A stretch of DNA of 61,936 nucleotides from positions 1 to 61,936 of the forward strand of contig ADNK01000252.1 of NCBI GenBank assembly GCA_000320545.1. The letters are read 5' to 3'. This stretch comes from Bigelowiella natans CCMP2755 (Eukaryota > Protista > Cercozoa). Within the stretch, counting starts at the first letter, position 1. The number at the start of each line of letters is the position of its first letter. The notes beneath the pieces are model-generated. The model ran no database searches. It was not told the origin of the DNA and worked only from the letters and a program-made list of their open reading frames with translations. Both the position numbers and the translations under genes were made by a program. Shown here piece by piece: positions 14,017 through 28,804 of the stretch.

Positions 14017-15739
14017 TTGTTGATTGTCTCTCAATGAAGCCCAGGAAAGCAGGAAGATGGCGATGGACCCCCCCCCCCCTCCGGAAAGAAATACACCTTC
14101 TGGCGAAGCAGGCACCTGGAAGGAGGGATCTGCACGCGTGGGGAATAAGTGAAGAATGAATTAAGCTGATGAAGTCTATAGAAGGATAGAAGGAAAAGGA
14201 GGCATCATGGTATATTCCACACACCCAACCATCCACCCACCGCTTAGCCGTTGTTTAATTGGAATATTATTAGCCCTGCTAGGAGGGGGCTGTATTGCTA
14301 CTACTACGGGTGTGCATGAGATGGTGATGATGCTAATGATGATGAAGGTGATGGTGATGGTGATGATGATGATGATGATGAAGGTGATGGTGATGATGAT
14401 GATGATGATGATGATGAAGATGGTGATGGTGGTGGTGGTGGTGGTGGTGGTGAGGGGGAAGCTGACCACATGTCTTGTTTGTCCCTTTTCATTCTGAATG
14501 ACAGCATCGTACACATGCATTGCCCTGTCGCTCTGGCGGATCTTCCTGCAAGATGTGCGAAGAAGATGCAAGCAGCAACATTAGGAAACGAATCAAGTCA
14601 CTTGGATTAATGGTGATGATGATGATGATGACGATGGCATCATTGCATTTCCAGAGGAAGAAGCAGCGGCATATGATTCGGCCCTCGACGAAAAAACTAT
14701 CAATACACGCTTAATGATGCTGTTTGATGATTTGGAGGTGTTGTAAACACGATGCAGCAAAAACCTACTGCGGAAGTATCTTAATCATGTACTCGTTCTC
14801 TCATCCTCCCTCTCTTCTTGATCAGCATCATCATTATCATCATCATCATTTCTGCCTCTCCTCCTTCTCTTCTTCTTCTTCTTCATCATCATCATCATCA
14901 TCATCATTTCTCCCACCACACCAAACATACCGCATGATTCCTCGTCTTATCATGTCAGATACATGCTTCCACTCATCATCCTGAGCGGACGGAATAGCAG
15001 CAGCAGCAGCAGCAGGGTAGTGATGGTGATGATCGATGCCGAGCCAAGGAACATGAATGCAAACCGAACTACTACAACGCTACTCGATTATCGTATCGTA
15101 TTGACGGCCGTGGTGTTGTTGGTGTGAGGCTAGCAATATCAATAGCGTTTTTTCCTCGTGCATGTTCTTCAGAGAACATATTCTCCACGGAAATAGAACC
15201 TCTCTCCAGCCGGCTTTGCATGCATAGTATCCTCTTCATATTTAACAATAACATCGACAGCATCGCATGTTGCTCGCTGCTACCGGAAAGGCGTTCTTCA
15301 GCAGAGTCATAAATGTAATCTCCGGCTCTACTTTCACCTCCTCCTCCTCCTCTTCCACCTCCTCCTCCTCCTCTCTCATTTCCTGGAAGAGGGTTGTTGT
15401 CTATCAATAAAAGCGAAGGCACAAGAGACACATCCTCATCATACAAGAGTGTTTTCTCCGACCTTGGCGGAATACGTCCTCAGGGCTACTTTATGCTGCT
15501 CGAGGTAAGTCCTTGCTCGATGCAGACGATGGAACAACTTCTTTACGTCTACCTGCTCATCCATTAACACTCATTATCACGCCATGTTTGCCAGCATCAA
15601 GGCAGCAGCAGGGAATGAATGACGACAGCACAAGACGCACAGCTTCCTTTACCTCCTCAAGGACTCTCACACTTCAGGAGAGCATGGAGCAGGATTTATC
15701 GATAAGAGGAGATGACCCTCAATATAGCAGGGCATTGTG

Positions 15740-15786
<47 letters not shown>

Positions 15787-16241
15787 AACACACATACAAA
15801 CACAATTCTACTCCGTACGTCATAATTGGGCGACTTGTAGCATTCGTCGAGTCGGCAGACTGAGAGGAGGTGTTTGAACGCTGTGATGATGCCTTTCCTC
15901 ACGGATTGAGGCACTCTCCTGCTAATAACAACAACATTCAACCAACCAACCAACCAACCAATCAATCAATGAATGAATGAATAGCCTCATCACAGCACAG
16001 GGCAGAGGTAACCAGGGGGGAAAAATCGAGAAGAGGAAATCGCTAACAACCTGTCGTCGTTAGGCCCTGAAACGTCTCTCATCCTCCCCCCCCCCCTCCT
16101 CCTCTCGGGAACAACTCTGGCAATTATCCTCATAACTTCGTTCTTGTATGATCCAAACCGAAGCATTTGACTGATACGGAAGGAGTAGTAGGGGTGGTAA
16201 TATCAATCAAGGCAGTGGGGGGGGGGGGGACCAATACTATA

Positions 16242-16277
<36 letters not shown>

Positions 16278-16873
16278 AACATTTATCTATATATTGCTAG
16301 TACCTAATTTCTCCCGATATGAGACTGTCGTCCCAACCACCTAGAAGAGAACAATACGAAGAAGAAGAAGAAGAAGAAGAAGAAGAAGAAGCATGTACGA
16401 TATATCACTTGAGGAAATTTCTTCACACAACGCAACTCAAAAACCAGCTTCCTGCCCTTCAATCCGTAGTGCTAATGTATTAACATTATCCTTTTCTTGT
16501 TTTTTGGAGAGGAGGAAAGATACCGCTTCTTTGCCTTAATTCTCTCCCCCCCCCCCCTCTCTCTTTGTTGTATGTGTCATATTGACATCATGATTACATT
16601 GTAGTTTTTCTAATAAGAAACGACTACTACTACTACTACAGCAGCTCCTACGACTACTACTACGGCTACTTCTTTGTCGTCTTTTTACCAAGGAACTCAT
16701 AAATCTCTCCCATTGCAGCAACCCACCCCATCCTGCTATATTCTAGAAGTTCTCTGGAAGAAGAAGAAGAAGAAGAAGAAGAAGAAGAAGAAGAAGAGGA
16801 TGAGCGATAAGTGCATTATTATGTTTTCATTTTGGAAGTAACAGGCAAAGACAACCCCGGGTTTTTTCCTCCC

Positions 16874-16918
<45 letters not shown>

Positions 16919-17749
16919 TTTTTCTTCTCATCAACCGAGCAATGTCCTTCCGAACAGCCATTCCTAGGTCCTTCGCAAGTATCTCTCGATCGTCATCGAC
17001 TGAGAGGAGGCCATGGTCGGAGCACCTTCTGTCTCCCATCATCATCATCATCTTCTTCTTCTGGTTCTCCGCCTCCTCATCATCATTGCTACCGCTATTG
17101 TCTTTGTGATCTTGCTGTTGTTGTTGTTGTTGTTGTTGGAGTTGCCGCCGTTGGTCGAGAATGCCCGCGTTCCAAGCGTGAAGCATGTCGTCGCTGAAAG
17201 GAGGATGGATGGCGGGGTATAGGGAGGGGGGGGAGGGAGTGTTGTTTACTTGATTATAATATTGGAAGTAGTTGCAGGCACCGTCGGCGCTGGTGATGTT
17301 GATGGTGAGGGTGATGATGCTACTGTGCCAGTGATATACACACTCCGCTACTACCTTACGAATGCCCTGTCTGAGGAGGAGGAGGAGGAGGAGGAGGAGG
17401 AGGAGGAGGGGAAGAAAAAAGAGGAGGAGGAAGAGAGGCTCATCCTCATCTTGTTGGCAGTTGATGTCGCTGTCGTCGTCATAGTCGCCGCCGCTTGTTT
17501 CTTCTCCTTGCTCAAGAAATGGCGCTGAAACCATCGTAGGCCGACATCGGGCTCGACGATGATCAGGACGGCGTTCACGGAGGGAATCTAAAGCATTGGA
17601 AGAATAAGATAGTCTACTGCTGAGGTCATCGATGAAGATTCATTGTTGGTGCTGTGCGGTATGGAGGAGGAAGGAACCCCCTCATGGTGGTAGTTTGGTA
17701 TGAAAGAGAACGTGTCAAGATGACGACGACAATACTGATGAAGAGGATC

Positions 17750-17781
<32 letters not shown>

Positions 17782-18625
17782 CATGTGCGGATGTAGATAA
17801 TACTACCACTATAGTAGTAGTAGTAGTAGTAGTAGTAGTGCCCCTATGTGCAAAATAGCACTATTACTATTACTACTGCTACTACTGCTACAACAACAAC
17901 AACAACAACTACTACTACTACTATTTTGACTATTACTACCCTAACACGTATTCGTATTAGCAGTATTACGAGATAGTCATTAAGCGTTGCATCTTCATTG
18001 TGTAGCACCATCAGCTGCATCGTCTCAAGCGCTGCTTGCTGATAGGCAGCAGCAGTAGTTGTAGTAGTAGTAGTAGTAGTAGTAGTAGTATTGGCCTTGC
18101 CGTGCTCAATGCCGACGAACATATCACCAACGAAGAGTATTTCATCTCCTCTCTGCTTCTCCTCTCCCTCCTCAAAGCTCCTTCGTCGATTCCTGCTGTC
18201 GCCCACTCCTCCATGCCCCCCCCCAGCTCGTATTGGAAGGCCAATTGCTAGTTTCCAATGAGACGAGGGGAGATCGCCCGGCGGCTGCAAGGAGGCGGGA
18301 GAAAGCAGCTCGTCAGCATCTTCATCATCATCGTCGTCGCCATTGTGAGCTCTTGCGGCAGCATTATCAGAGCGGCGTGCTACTTGTCCTTTTAGCTGAC
18401 CCCACTCCGCCGCCTCCTCCTCCTCCTCCTCCTCCCCCTCCTCCTTCGCATCTCCCTTGTTCTTCTCGTCCTTCCATTCATGGGTAGCAACTGCTCTTCT
18501 CTTCTCCCATCTTCCCATGCTCTCCAGTGCCGCAACCACCGCCTAAGTCGATGGTGTATAAACATGCAATAGTGTTTGAGGGAAAGGGAACGGAGAAGGA
18601 GGGATATCGTGGAATGCTGTACGGC

Positions 18626-18668
<43 letters not shown>

Positions 18669-19245
18669 CGTGTGCGTGTATGTGGGTGATATTATTTGGA
18701 TTTGCTGTGGTAAACGGTCAGCTGCTATGCTAGATCTTATACCTTTCGCACATCTTTGACCCTCGAGTACGGCCTTATTCCCTGAAGATTGCAGCATCAG
18801 CATTAGCTGGATCCAGCGATTAAAACATATATAGACGATGACGACGATGACGACACGTGAATAGGAAGCCATCAGTGTGGCCCTTCTCTTGGTTGGGCAC
18901 CCCCTCCCTCCTCCTTTCTTCCTCTTCTTCTTACCTTGAGCTTAACCGGATATGACCAGTGTGGGTGCCAGACGTGCAATCCAGCTACACGATGACAACG
19001 TCTCCATGCTGCTGAGAAGGAAGAAGGAGAAGGAGGAGGAGGAAGAGGAGGAGGATGAAGATCCAACCTCAGAGCAGTACCACCCTGTGTATTAACAATA
19101 CTACCATCAAATGCAGCAGCAGCGGTGTGACGTCGGGGAACATCATAAGCGCTCTCACAAGCAAGATGCTGGTCAAGAATCCAGCCCTGAGTGTTATTGT
19201 TACGAAGGTAAGAGCATACCGTCTTGACTGCGTGTGCGTGTGCTT

Positions 19246-19281
<36 letters not shown>

Positions 19282-19333
19282 AAGTGTGTACAATGTATGT
19301 TCAGCTGCTGTCAATTACGCGTCATCATCAATG

Positions 19334-19364
<31 letters not shown>

Positions 19365-19746
19365 CATCATCATCTATATCTATTACGACGTTGCTACTTC
19401 TACAACAACAACTACACTACGACTACATTCTTTTTGGTTCGGAGTAGACTTAGCCTATGCGAGAACTCTGTTGGGTGATGATGATGATGATGATGATGAT
19501 GATGGGCCGTGGGAGTCCTTCCCTTACCCCCCCCCCCACCACTCCCTCTCTTCTCCTGCTCTTCCTCCTCCTCCTGCACGACGACCCCAGTCGTGGTAAA
19601 GTCGTCCAGAGCGCCTATATTTATCCACATCGAGGAGGATGAGGAGGAGGAGGAGGAGGAGGAGGAGGAAGTCATTCATCTTGCTCATCATCGTCACAGC
19701 ATCATCATACCAAGTGGGTAGCGTGGTAATATCTTTATCATCATCG

Positions 19747-19777
<31 letters not shown>

Positions 19778-19948
19778 TCTCGAGGAGCAGGTGCGGTCTT
19801 TGCCCACCTGTGACGACGAGTACGGCGTCTGACCTCACCACCTTCACCGAGCCATTAGCGTAGAGACTACGAAAGCTTTGGTTGGGCTGCTGTGTTGTGC
19901 TGCTGCCGCTGCTGCTGCTGCCTTGGACATTATCCCTAATTATTGATG

Positions 19949-19979
<31 letters not shown>

Positions 19980-20018
19980 GAGTAGTAGTACGTCATCTCA
20001 CAGCTACTAATGCTACGT

Positions 20019-20054
<36 letters not shown>

Positions 20055-20497
20055 GACTGATGCAACTCCTCTGCAATTGGACCTATAGAACAGCACTTCC
20101 GGATGTGTGATCTCCCATATCTCACCAGCCCCAGGATGATGATGATGCTGGGCAGCTGTTTCAGTGCATAGTAGACAGAGGGAGGGAGAGAGAGAATGAT
20201 GTTTGAACAACGATGTTCTCTAACTACCCTACGACACACACCGCGGATATACAGAAATTATGGGTTATCCCTCGATGCGAACATGTATTCATGGGCGTCA
20301 TCGCTTGCTTTATTCCGACTTCTAATATTGCCTTTATGATACGACTACCACCACCACCACCACCACCACCACTACTACTACTGCTACTACCATCGCTGCT
20401 TCGATTCTTCTTCTTCCAGCTCGCACACTACGGAATAGTACCAGAAGGCCCATTTTCAGCATTATTGTTATCATTATATGCATGCATGCATGCATGT

Positions 20498-20561
<64 letters not shown>

Positions 20562-21285
20562 ATCATCGAGACCACCATATTCGCCAACAACTAAGCGAAG
20601 AGTGACTGACCATTAGTCTCCTCTTTTCGCCGCCCTTCGCATCCCTTTGAATCACGAGATGTTGCGGTTTAAGCAGCCATCCAGTCCTCAAGCTGGCCAA
20701 AGCACAGAGGGGGGGGAAAGAGCACACGATGATTTGAGTATGCGGTCAACCAACACGAGCACGCACGGCATTCGCACCTATACCCCACATCAATATGGTT
20801 TCTTTCTGTTGGATGAGGCAAAGCGCTGGACAAATTACAATATCTTCACACCCCCTCCCCCTAAGAGGAGATATGCTCCTCCCCAGTGTGTGTGTGTGTG
20901 CGCGTGTGCGTGTGCAGCAGCTGCAGTTAGGTATCTAGCTTACTGACTCTTTCTTCACGTTGTTGATCAGAAGTTCCATATGGTAGAATAATGCTTCTCC
21001 TGCGACCGAACGACAACAACAACAACAACAATAACAACAACAATAATAATGACGGTCCTTCTTTTAAGATGGGGACGCTAAGGGTACAACGCTGAAGCGA
21101 CAGGAACAGTACCAACACCCCAACCACGAGTGAGCGCGTGTGTGCTGTTGCGTCTGGAAATAATAATAATCGGTACAAGAAGACTCAGGTGTATACCGGT
21201 TTTTTCATCATAAATAATATCTGCTTTAGCGTCTGCGCTGGGAGAGACCTGCATCGTACACACACACACACACACACACACATAA

Positions 21286-21327
<42 letters not shown>

Positions 21328-21419
21328 CGCATCATATTAACATTGATCGTATAAGGTAGAAGGACACTGGATAGGGTTTTGAGATATACAAACAAATCAT
21401 ATTTACAAAATGTGTGTGT

Positions 21420-21459
<40 letters not shown>

Positions 21460-22357
21460 CGCGTGCATCTCTTATTCCGTCCTGCAGGTAGATGGTACAC
21501 CTGCTTTCCCGTCGTTTTATGGATGTAGATTTGCCTCATCATCAGCCCCCGCCTCTTGCTGTCAGCCCTCTTCGTGGCCTTCTCTGTTTCCAGCATGCAG
21601 TCGTTAGAATGACTCTTCCCACGAGAGGAGGAGGAGGAGGAGGAGGGGCTGCTGGTTGTCGGCAACTCGCTAATTCTTGGTCCAGGCAATATCGTAAGAA
21701 ACTTTGCCAGATATCGGTACTGGAAGGACTGGTGGTGAAACATGAAGTAACAGAGGGGTCAAAAGGTGTGCGGCGTGCATGCTCACATATTCAATTCCAG
21801 GTGTCAAATGTCAGTCTGTCCTCTTCTCCTTCGTTTGCGGCGTCTCTCGGTGTTGCTTTCTCATCATCATCATCATCATCATCAACAACAACAACAACAT
21901 CGTCGTCATCATCAATTGCTGTCGCTATTCTCCAACAAGCAGCTACTACTACTCGTTGGTACCCATGAGGGGAAATCGATGACTAATAGATACGGCGTGC
22001 ACTCAGGCATTGGCTCGAGCAAACCTAGTGGTGGCAGTTGTAGTAGTAGCAGTAGTAGTAGAGTAGTAGGAGCAGGGTGGGGATGGATGATGAAGAGTGG
22101 TCAATCGATCAATGGATCAATCATTCATCGTAACAACGTTGTTTTCTACTGCCACTGCCACTACTGCTTTGTGCTTCTTCTGATTCATACACTTTTCCTG
22201 CGTCGTACGATTCCACCACACGCACACACACGCGCACACGCACACTTATATCCCTCCCTCCTCCCTATGTTATCAATCCCTCCCAACACCTATTTCTTCA
22301 GATGCAGCTAGATTTGCGCTCAGAGCGCTATGATCAAACTCCGTCTGAGAGGGCGTG

Positions 22358-22401
<44 letters not shown>

Positions 22402-22694
22402 CAAGGTATTAGTGTAGTTGACAATTGACTACTGCGAATGTAAGTATACATAGGCTCGCACAAGATTTGGGTAAAATCTCTCCCTAACCCCCTCCCCCCC
22501 TCCCTCCCCGTGTTGTGGTTTGCATTACGGGTGCTCGAAGTTTGGGTGGGATTTGGCTATCATCAGCCCAGTGCATCTTGTCCCTGATGATGATGTTGTT
22601 GTTGATGATGATGATGATGATGATGGCTGCAATGACAATCAGGTGCGTTACTTGTTATGGTAATGGTGGTGGAGAGGACAAAGTGGAGGAAGAG

Positions 22695-22740
<46 letters not shown>

Positions 22741-22907
22741 AGAGGGAGAGGGAGAGGGGAGAGATGTAAAGATTGCAGGCCAATTCAATTCCAGATGCTT
22801 CTACTCAAACTCGTCGGTCGTTGTCTTTTGTCGTCGTCGTCGTATTGAGTGACTGACCGTGCCTTGAGGGGGGTTATGAACCTATCAGTCCATCTCTTGG
22901 GCAACTA

Positions 22908-22951
<44 letters not shown>

Positions 22952-23027
22952 AGATGTAGGTTATTGCTATCAAGCTTCTCCAAAGATGCTTACTACTACC
23001 GTTTTGTTTGTAGACAGGTGATAGTAA

Positions 23028-23062
<35 letters not shown>

Positions 23063-23197
23063 GTAGTAGTAGTAGTAGTGGCAGTGGTGACGATGATGAT
23101 GATGACGATGGTGGTGGTGGAGGTACACTATTACAACAGTCGTCGTACCAAATCTTCGGTGCTAAGATCCCACCGCACTTCTTCATATTTTGAAAGT

Positions 23198-23241
<44 letters not shown>

Positions 23242-23310
23242 CATAATTTCGTCGTCATAATGAACATCGGTCTGTGCGAGAGTAGCGTTGCTAGTAGTTG
23301 TATTGGTAGC

Positions 23311-23342
<32 letters not shown>

Positions 23343-23472
23343 TGATGGCGGCGTTGGTGGTGATGGAGAAATAGCACCGTAGATGTTGTAATCTTTCTTG
23401 GGCGGCGGCTTCTCCTTGCTGAAAAAACTCCTTTGAACGCACAATTCATCAATAAACACACAACTATATGCA

Positions 23473-23550
<78 letters not shown>

Positions 23551-24390
23551 TAGTGATGAGCCGTATGCTTCCTAGCCCTTCCCTTACAACGAATCTAGAT
23601 CGTTATGAAAATCTTGAAAATCCCTTTCTTTCACTCGCCACACAAGGAGAAGGTAAACAACCAATTGTTGCGGGTGCTGCTGTCCTTCTCCCTATCGCCT
23701 CGAGCGTTGTTGTAGTCATCGTGGGGGGTGGAACTTCTCTCAAGCAACGTGCGTATTTTGCCCATTACAGCCTTGTCCTTGGACAGTTTTATGTCCTACA
23801 CCCATCGTCCGCAATCATCATTTTTATGATAACTATAACGGGGGGAGGGGATGCTTGTTTGCTTTATCTGTCCTCTATGACTACATCTACACACACGAAT
23901 GAGTGCTGCTGCTGCTCCTTCGTGATGGGGGGAAATAAACAACACCGCCGTATGATGATAATATACAGGTACAATTGATGGCACGATCATCATCCACCGA
24001 CCTCTTTAGTACTAAGAATCAAGGACTTGGCGTTACGGGGCTTTTCTAGATACTTGGGGTGATAATAGCGGATAAGGTAGACGCGCTTGGGCCGCCGCAG
24101 CTTTGGAGGGCCGTTGTGCAACTTCAGAGTGAATAAAGGGAGAGGGGGAGGAGGAAGGGGAGGAGGAGGAGGAGGAGGATGAAGAAGGGTAAGTGAGAAA
24201 GGTTAGAAATTGTTTGTTTGTTTTTTTTTATCTCGAGAGCATATTTGACGACTTCATGCATCATTCATGTCCCATCGTCGTCGTCGTCATCATCATCATC
24301 ATCTGAAGTAGTTGCCTCTCTCTATGAATGCACCATCCACGGTGAGAAGGATGCATGTAGATGTCTGTGATGTGCCGTGCGTGTTTGTGC

Positions 24391-24432
<42 letters not shown>

Positions 24433-24824
24433 TCATCGTTCCCTCCTCTTCCTCCCTCATTCCTTCCCTTCCTCCTCCTCCTTCTCCTTCTCCTCCTCCT
24501 CCTCCTCCTCTTCTCTCTCTCTCGTTTCGCAAGGTTGTAGTACGTACCTGTCGCACGATGATGGCAGGTTTCCCCTGAACAATCACTGCCTCTCCTGATC
24601 ATCCGCCAATGGAAGGATATAAATTTATTTAGAGGTGCTAGTAATTTCAAACGCCATTCTCTCTCCTTTAACAACAGCACTAGCGATAACGATAAACGCT
24701 CTGTTGTCGATGGCCACTTACCGCATTCCAGGATGCCAGGCGCACGCCGTTCTCCCTGATCTTTCTTTTGAAATGGGAAGCCCTTATCATCACCGATTTC
24801 AGGAGAGAAAAAGGACAAGATTTT

Positions 24825-24884
<60 letters not shown>

Positions 24885-25056
24885 GCTTTTTCTCTCTCGA
24901 AATCGGTGAGGATAAGGGCGTCCTATCTCAAAAGAAAGATAAGGGAGAGCGGCGCGCGCGTGGGCTCCTGGAATGCGGGGTGTGTGTATCTACAACAGAG
25001 CGTGTGTCTCTATCGCGAGCGCGGTTGTGAAAGGAGAGAGAAAGGCGTGTGAAATT

Positions 25057-25105
<49 letters not shown>

Positions 25106-25311
25106 GAGAAAGGGGGGGGGGAAGAAGAATAGGGGATCAGCACTAGTAGCCTCCACCACCAACAGCGCTGTTACTACCCCCAGCAGCAGCGACAGCAGCA
25201 TGATGTAATGAGATCAAAACGAGATAGCAGCAGCATGTATGCATAAGTAATGAGATCAAAACGAGAATATGCAAGGAAATGATGTTCTCAACAACGAATA
25301 CCATATAAATA

Positions 25312-25383
<72 letters not shown>

Positions 25384-25591
25384 CAAATCGTTCCTGCGAT
25401 ATGATACCACCATCCGGATACTGTGCATCACCATCATCATCATTCATCATTCATCATCATTTTCCTCCTACGCACCTTACTCGCAAGAAACCTTAGCGTA
25501 TTACGACGCCCTGACAGGTACACCTTCTGCATAAGAGCGGGGGATTTCCGGATAAAGGGGTGCGCACTCATGTAGATGTACCTGATGATTC

Positions 25592-25629
<38 letters not shown>

Positions 25630-25790
25630 CTTTCTTATCCTCCTCCTCCTCCTCCTCCTCCTCCTCCTCCTCTGCCGTTGTCAAATCACCATTTGTACAT
25701 CTACCATTAGTGCAGCTGCGATTATTAAGTCCTTCTTTCTTCTTCTTCTTGTTCTTCTTCTAGTCTCTTATCATCATGCTGCTACCTTAT
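11575..25790 (-). CDS. Large multi-exon hypothetical coding region, probably the continuation of the ankyrin gene at 25790-28804
   Basis: Many short GT-AG-bounded non-repetitive blocks on the minus strand, e.g. LHNGPPKLRRPKRVYLIRYYHPKYLEKPRNAKSLILSTKE (~24120-24000), ELSKYEEVRWDLSTEDL, GLLEPMPECTPYLLVIDFPSW, VSPSADAKADIIYDEKTGIHLSLL, VEAIDSYINLYERFQDATGW, with a last exon ending ~11575. No family recognised; could be more than one gene. Confidence 0.45.
12445..12587. repeat. Minisatellite of 3 copies of a ~36-39 bp unit built on (GCA)n/(ACA)n
   Basis: gcagctacaacgacaatacgaacaacgacgaca repeated three times with a variable (gca)n prefix. Confidence 0.85.
24641..25058. repeat. Imperfect ~180-bp inverted repeat centred on (TA)n (possible assembly artefact)
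   Basis: 24641-24820 is the approximate reverse complement of 24881-25058. The ORF track shows the paired translations FFSPEIGDDKGFPFQKKDQGERRAPGILECG (-) and FFSLEIGEDKGVLSQKKDKGERRARGLLECG (+). Confidence 0.85.
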
Positions 25791-25922
25791 GATGGGCACA
25801 AGAGAGCTCGTACAAGCTACTTGGAATACAGTCTGAGGGTTGCTTCTCAAGCATTTCGCACTCCCTGATATATATGTTATAATAACATATAGCAGTAGAG
25901 AGCGTATCTTGGATGTGAGTGG

Positions 25923-25958
<36 letters not shown>

Positions 25959-28804
25959 GTGTATGTATGTGTGTGCAACCAGTAGGAGGGGGGATGATTC
26001 TCCACAGAAAACAGCACGATTGGTAGTACACTATCATTTTGCATTTAACTACTAGACACACACAAATAGCAGCTGTGTGCGTAGCAATCAATGAGCAGCA
26101 GCACCGCGTGCCGCTACTACCCTCTGCGAGATAGTAGAATATATGAGCGTGGCCGCTCGCAACTGCTGCCATGAACGGGGTCCAGCCGTCTCTCTGAAAT
26201 GGTGGGTGTGGCCGAGAAGTGCATTGAGGACAACAAATGAGGAAGCACAAGTGGTGGGGGAAAACACGACGAAGAAAATGCTTACCGCATAGTCAGAGAG
26301 AAGGAATGGCATTTGATATTTTACGTCAATACTCACTCACTGACTCATATATTGAGTCCCTTCCCCTCCCCTTCCCTCTCTCTCTCCATGACACTTTTCC
26401 TCCTTATTATTCTATGATAAATCCTGACATTCTCCAGGGTGATATTTGCGCCATGTCGGATCAAAAGCTTCACAATAGCAAGGAATCCTCCGGTAGCGGC
26501 CTTTTCAAGGGAAAGGGAGGGGGAGGGGGCGGGGGGGGACAAGATGCACGCACACGTACACCAACGAAGAAGTAGGAGAGCGTTTGTATTAATATCTATC
26601 TATCCACTGACAGCTCCACGGCCGGTAAACTCGATGTATGATGATGAACAATATGGTATTTTTCATCGTATGAAAAGTGCGCCCCGAGTGGCTTCCCCCC
26701 CCTCCTCCGCGCTTTTATAGGTTTTTGCTCCGCGTTTTTCTTCTCAGCTATTCATAGGATGTATCACACATTATAAAGGGAATAGATTTCGTTGCCACTG
26801 TCTTGCAATTTTTTACGATTCTAGTGTAGAATACACTCTCCTCCTCCCCATCCTGCCCCCCCCCCCAATACACACCACCACCACCACCTTATGCAGCGCA
26901 GTGTCACCATTGTCATCTTGGGCATTTATCCGTTCCGTGTCGATGATAAAAGCCTTTGATCTTGCAGGCATAACCAAACCGAGAAGAAACTCCGGAGGAA
27001 TATCTCTCTGGTAAATAATAACAAGGTAGAATGGTAATCATGAGACAACAAGGGGCAAAGCAGCCGTTGCTCCGCTTCCTTTCTTCCCCGTAGTATCCTC
27101 ACATCTGTATAAGAGTTAAGCACCTTCTCGTGGGGGGGCTCCGAGCGTTCGATACCGTGCTTGAAATTTGCCTTATATTGTAGCTGTTCATACGCTCCTG
27201 TGAGCTGCTCCTAGGAGGGCCAAAAACGGGTCAAATTATCATCATCGTCATCATCATCATCATCATTATCCTTATCATCGCAAAGGGGATGATACATAGA
27301 GCGTGGGAACATAAATATAGGAGTGAATGTAGATAGTAGAAGTAGTATTAGTTGTAGTGGTAGAAGTAGTAGTTGTAGTTTATGCAGAGCAGAATATGTG
27401 CTAAGGCCGTAGCAGCGGTGTGGCGATGAAAATGGAGAGTATTTGAGTATTAACGCGGTAAGATTTAGAATTTGTTCTCTTCTTCTCGACGAGCGAGGTC
27501 TGGTGGTAATGGCTGAGATGAAAAGGGACCATGAGCTTCATAGATCGTCTGTCAGTCTCCTCCTCCTCAAGGTCGTCCTCTTTGATACGTCGTAACTTGC
27601 GAAGTAACCTCTGGGAAAGGGTCGTCTCATTTTGCTCTAATCATTGTTTACCAAAACAGCCATCATCTTAAGATAGATTAGCTGCATGATGCAGCAGGAC
27701 GATTCCACTCTCTTAACAAACGGGTATATGGATTTTGCATCTCTCCCCTCTCTCCTTCTACCCCCCCCCCCCCCCCCCTCTCTCTCTCCTCTTTCTCCAT
27801 TATAAACTTATTCGAAACAACCTAAATCTTTTTGCACTCCTCGCTGTGCCGTACAATAGAAATTGCTGAACCAGGAACTATTTCCTTCAGCTTGCTCTAT
27901 GATATCTTTCTGGTGTCTGGTAGTGACGTATTAAACGCGTGCAGAAGGCAAATAATGAATGACAGACGAGTGCTCTTGGGATCAGGCGCTGTGTGTTCTT
28001 AGTGGAATAGAACGAAAACACCAACCGAGCATTGAAGTTATTCCTAAGTTTGCTGAGAATACGTAACACATGCTGCAGATCCTGGCTGCAAAACTGACGT
28101 GCAGCATCCTAGGGTAGGTAGGCATGAAAAACGGGGACTGGATCATCTATCGTTGAGAATCGGGACCAACATCGCATTGCGCATTTTGATGTGACAATCA
28201 CCATAAACATTACCTTCTCCCTTTCTTCTAGGAGCATCTTTACGACTGGAAAGTTGCCGCTCTTCGCGGCCAATATGAGGACCGTTTCACCCTTACACAT
28301 ATGCGCCCCATCTTACTCAATGAGTAATCAATGCTCATACACGTGAGTCGGATTCGACGTGTATTGCATCGTTGGTAGGCATGCTCTTAGATTATACATG
28401 TATTTTTCAAGTAGGCATGTACCTCTTCGTTTTTAACATTTGCATCAGCTTTCATCGAGAGAATCGATTCGACCTACATACATGCACATCGGAGCAATTT
28501 GTCAATAGCGAAAGCCTCGGTACAAAATTAGCGTCAGAGTATATATAAGATATTTGAACCCCATGCTAAGTGGTTCGCGCGGGATATGTTGAATGAAATC
28601 AATCGGAATTCGGGAGATTATTCTTTGGATGGATTGATTTACATGTGGAAAAATGCATCGCGGGATGGAACTCTTCCACATTTCGTTCAAGCAGATTTAA
28701 TTTTTTACCTTTCTGAGGTCAACCTCATGCCTGGGTTTGGATAAAGCTTCTAGAAGCTCCAGGTCTTTGATTTGTTGGCCCGACAACCTGTTGATCTCCC
28801 CCAT
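25790..28804 (-). CDS. Ankyrin-repeat protein, N-terminal exons
   Basis: MGEINRLSGQQIKDLELLEALSKPRHEVDLRK|VESILSMKADANVKNEE|GETVLILAAKSGNFPVVKMLLEE ... INAQDDNGDTALHK|AATGGFLAIVKLLIRHGANITLEN|RDGWTPFMAAVASGHAHIFYYL. Clear ankyrin consensus joined by GT-AG introns. Confidence 0.8.
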
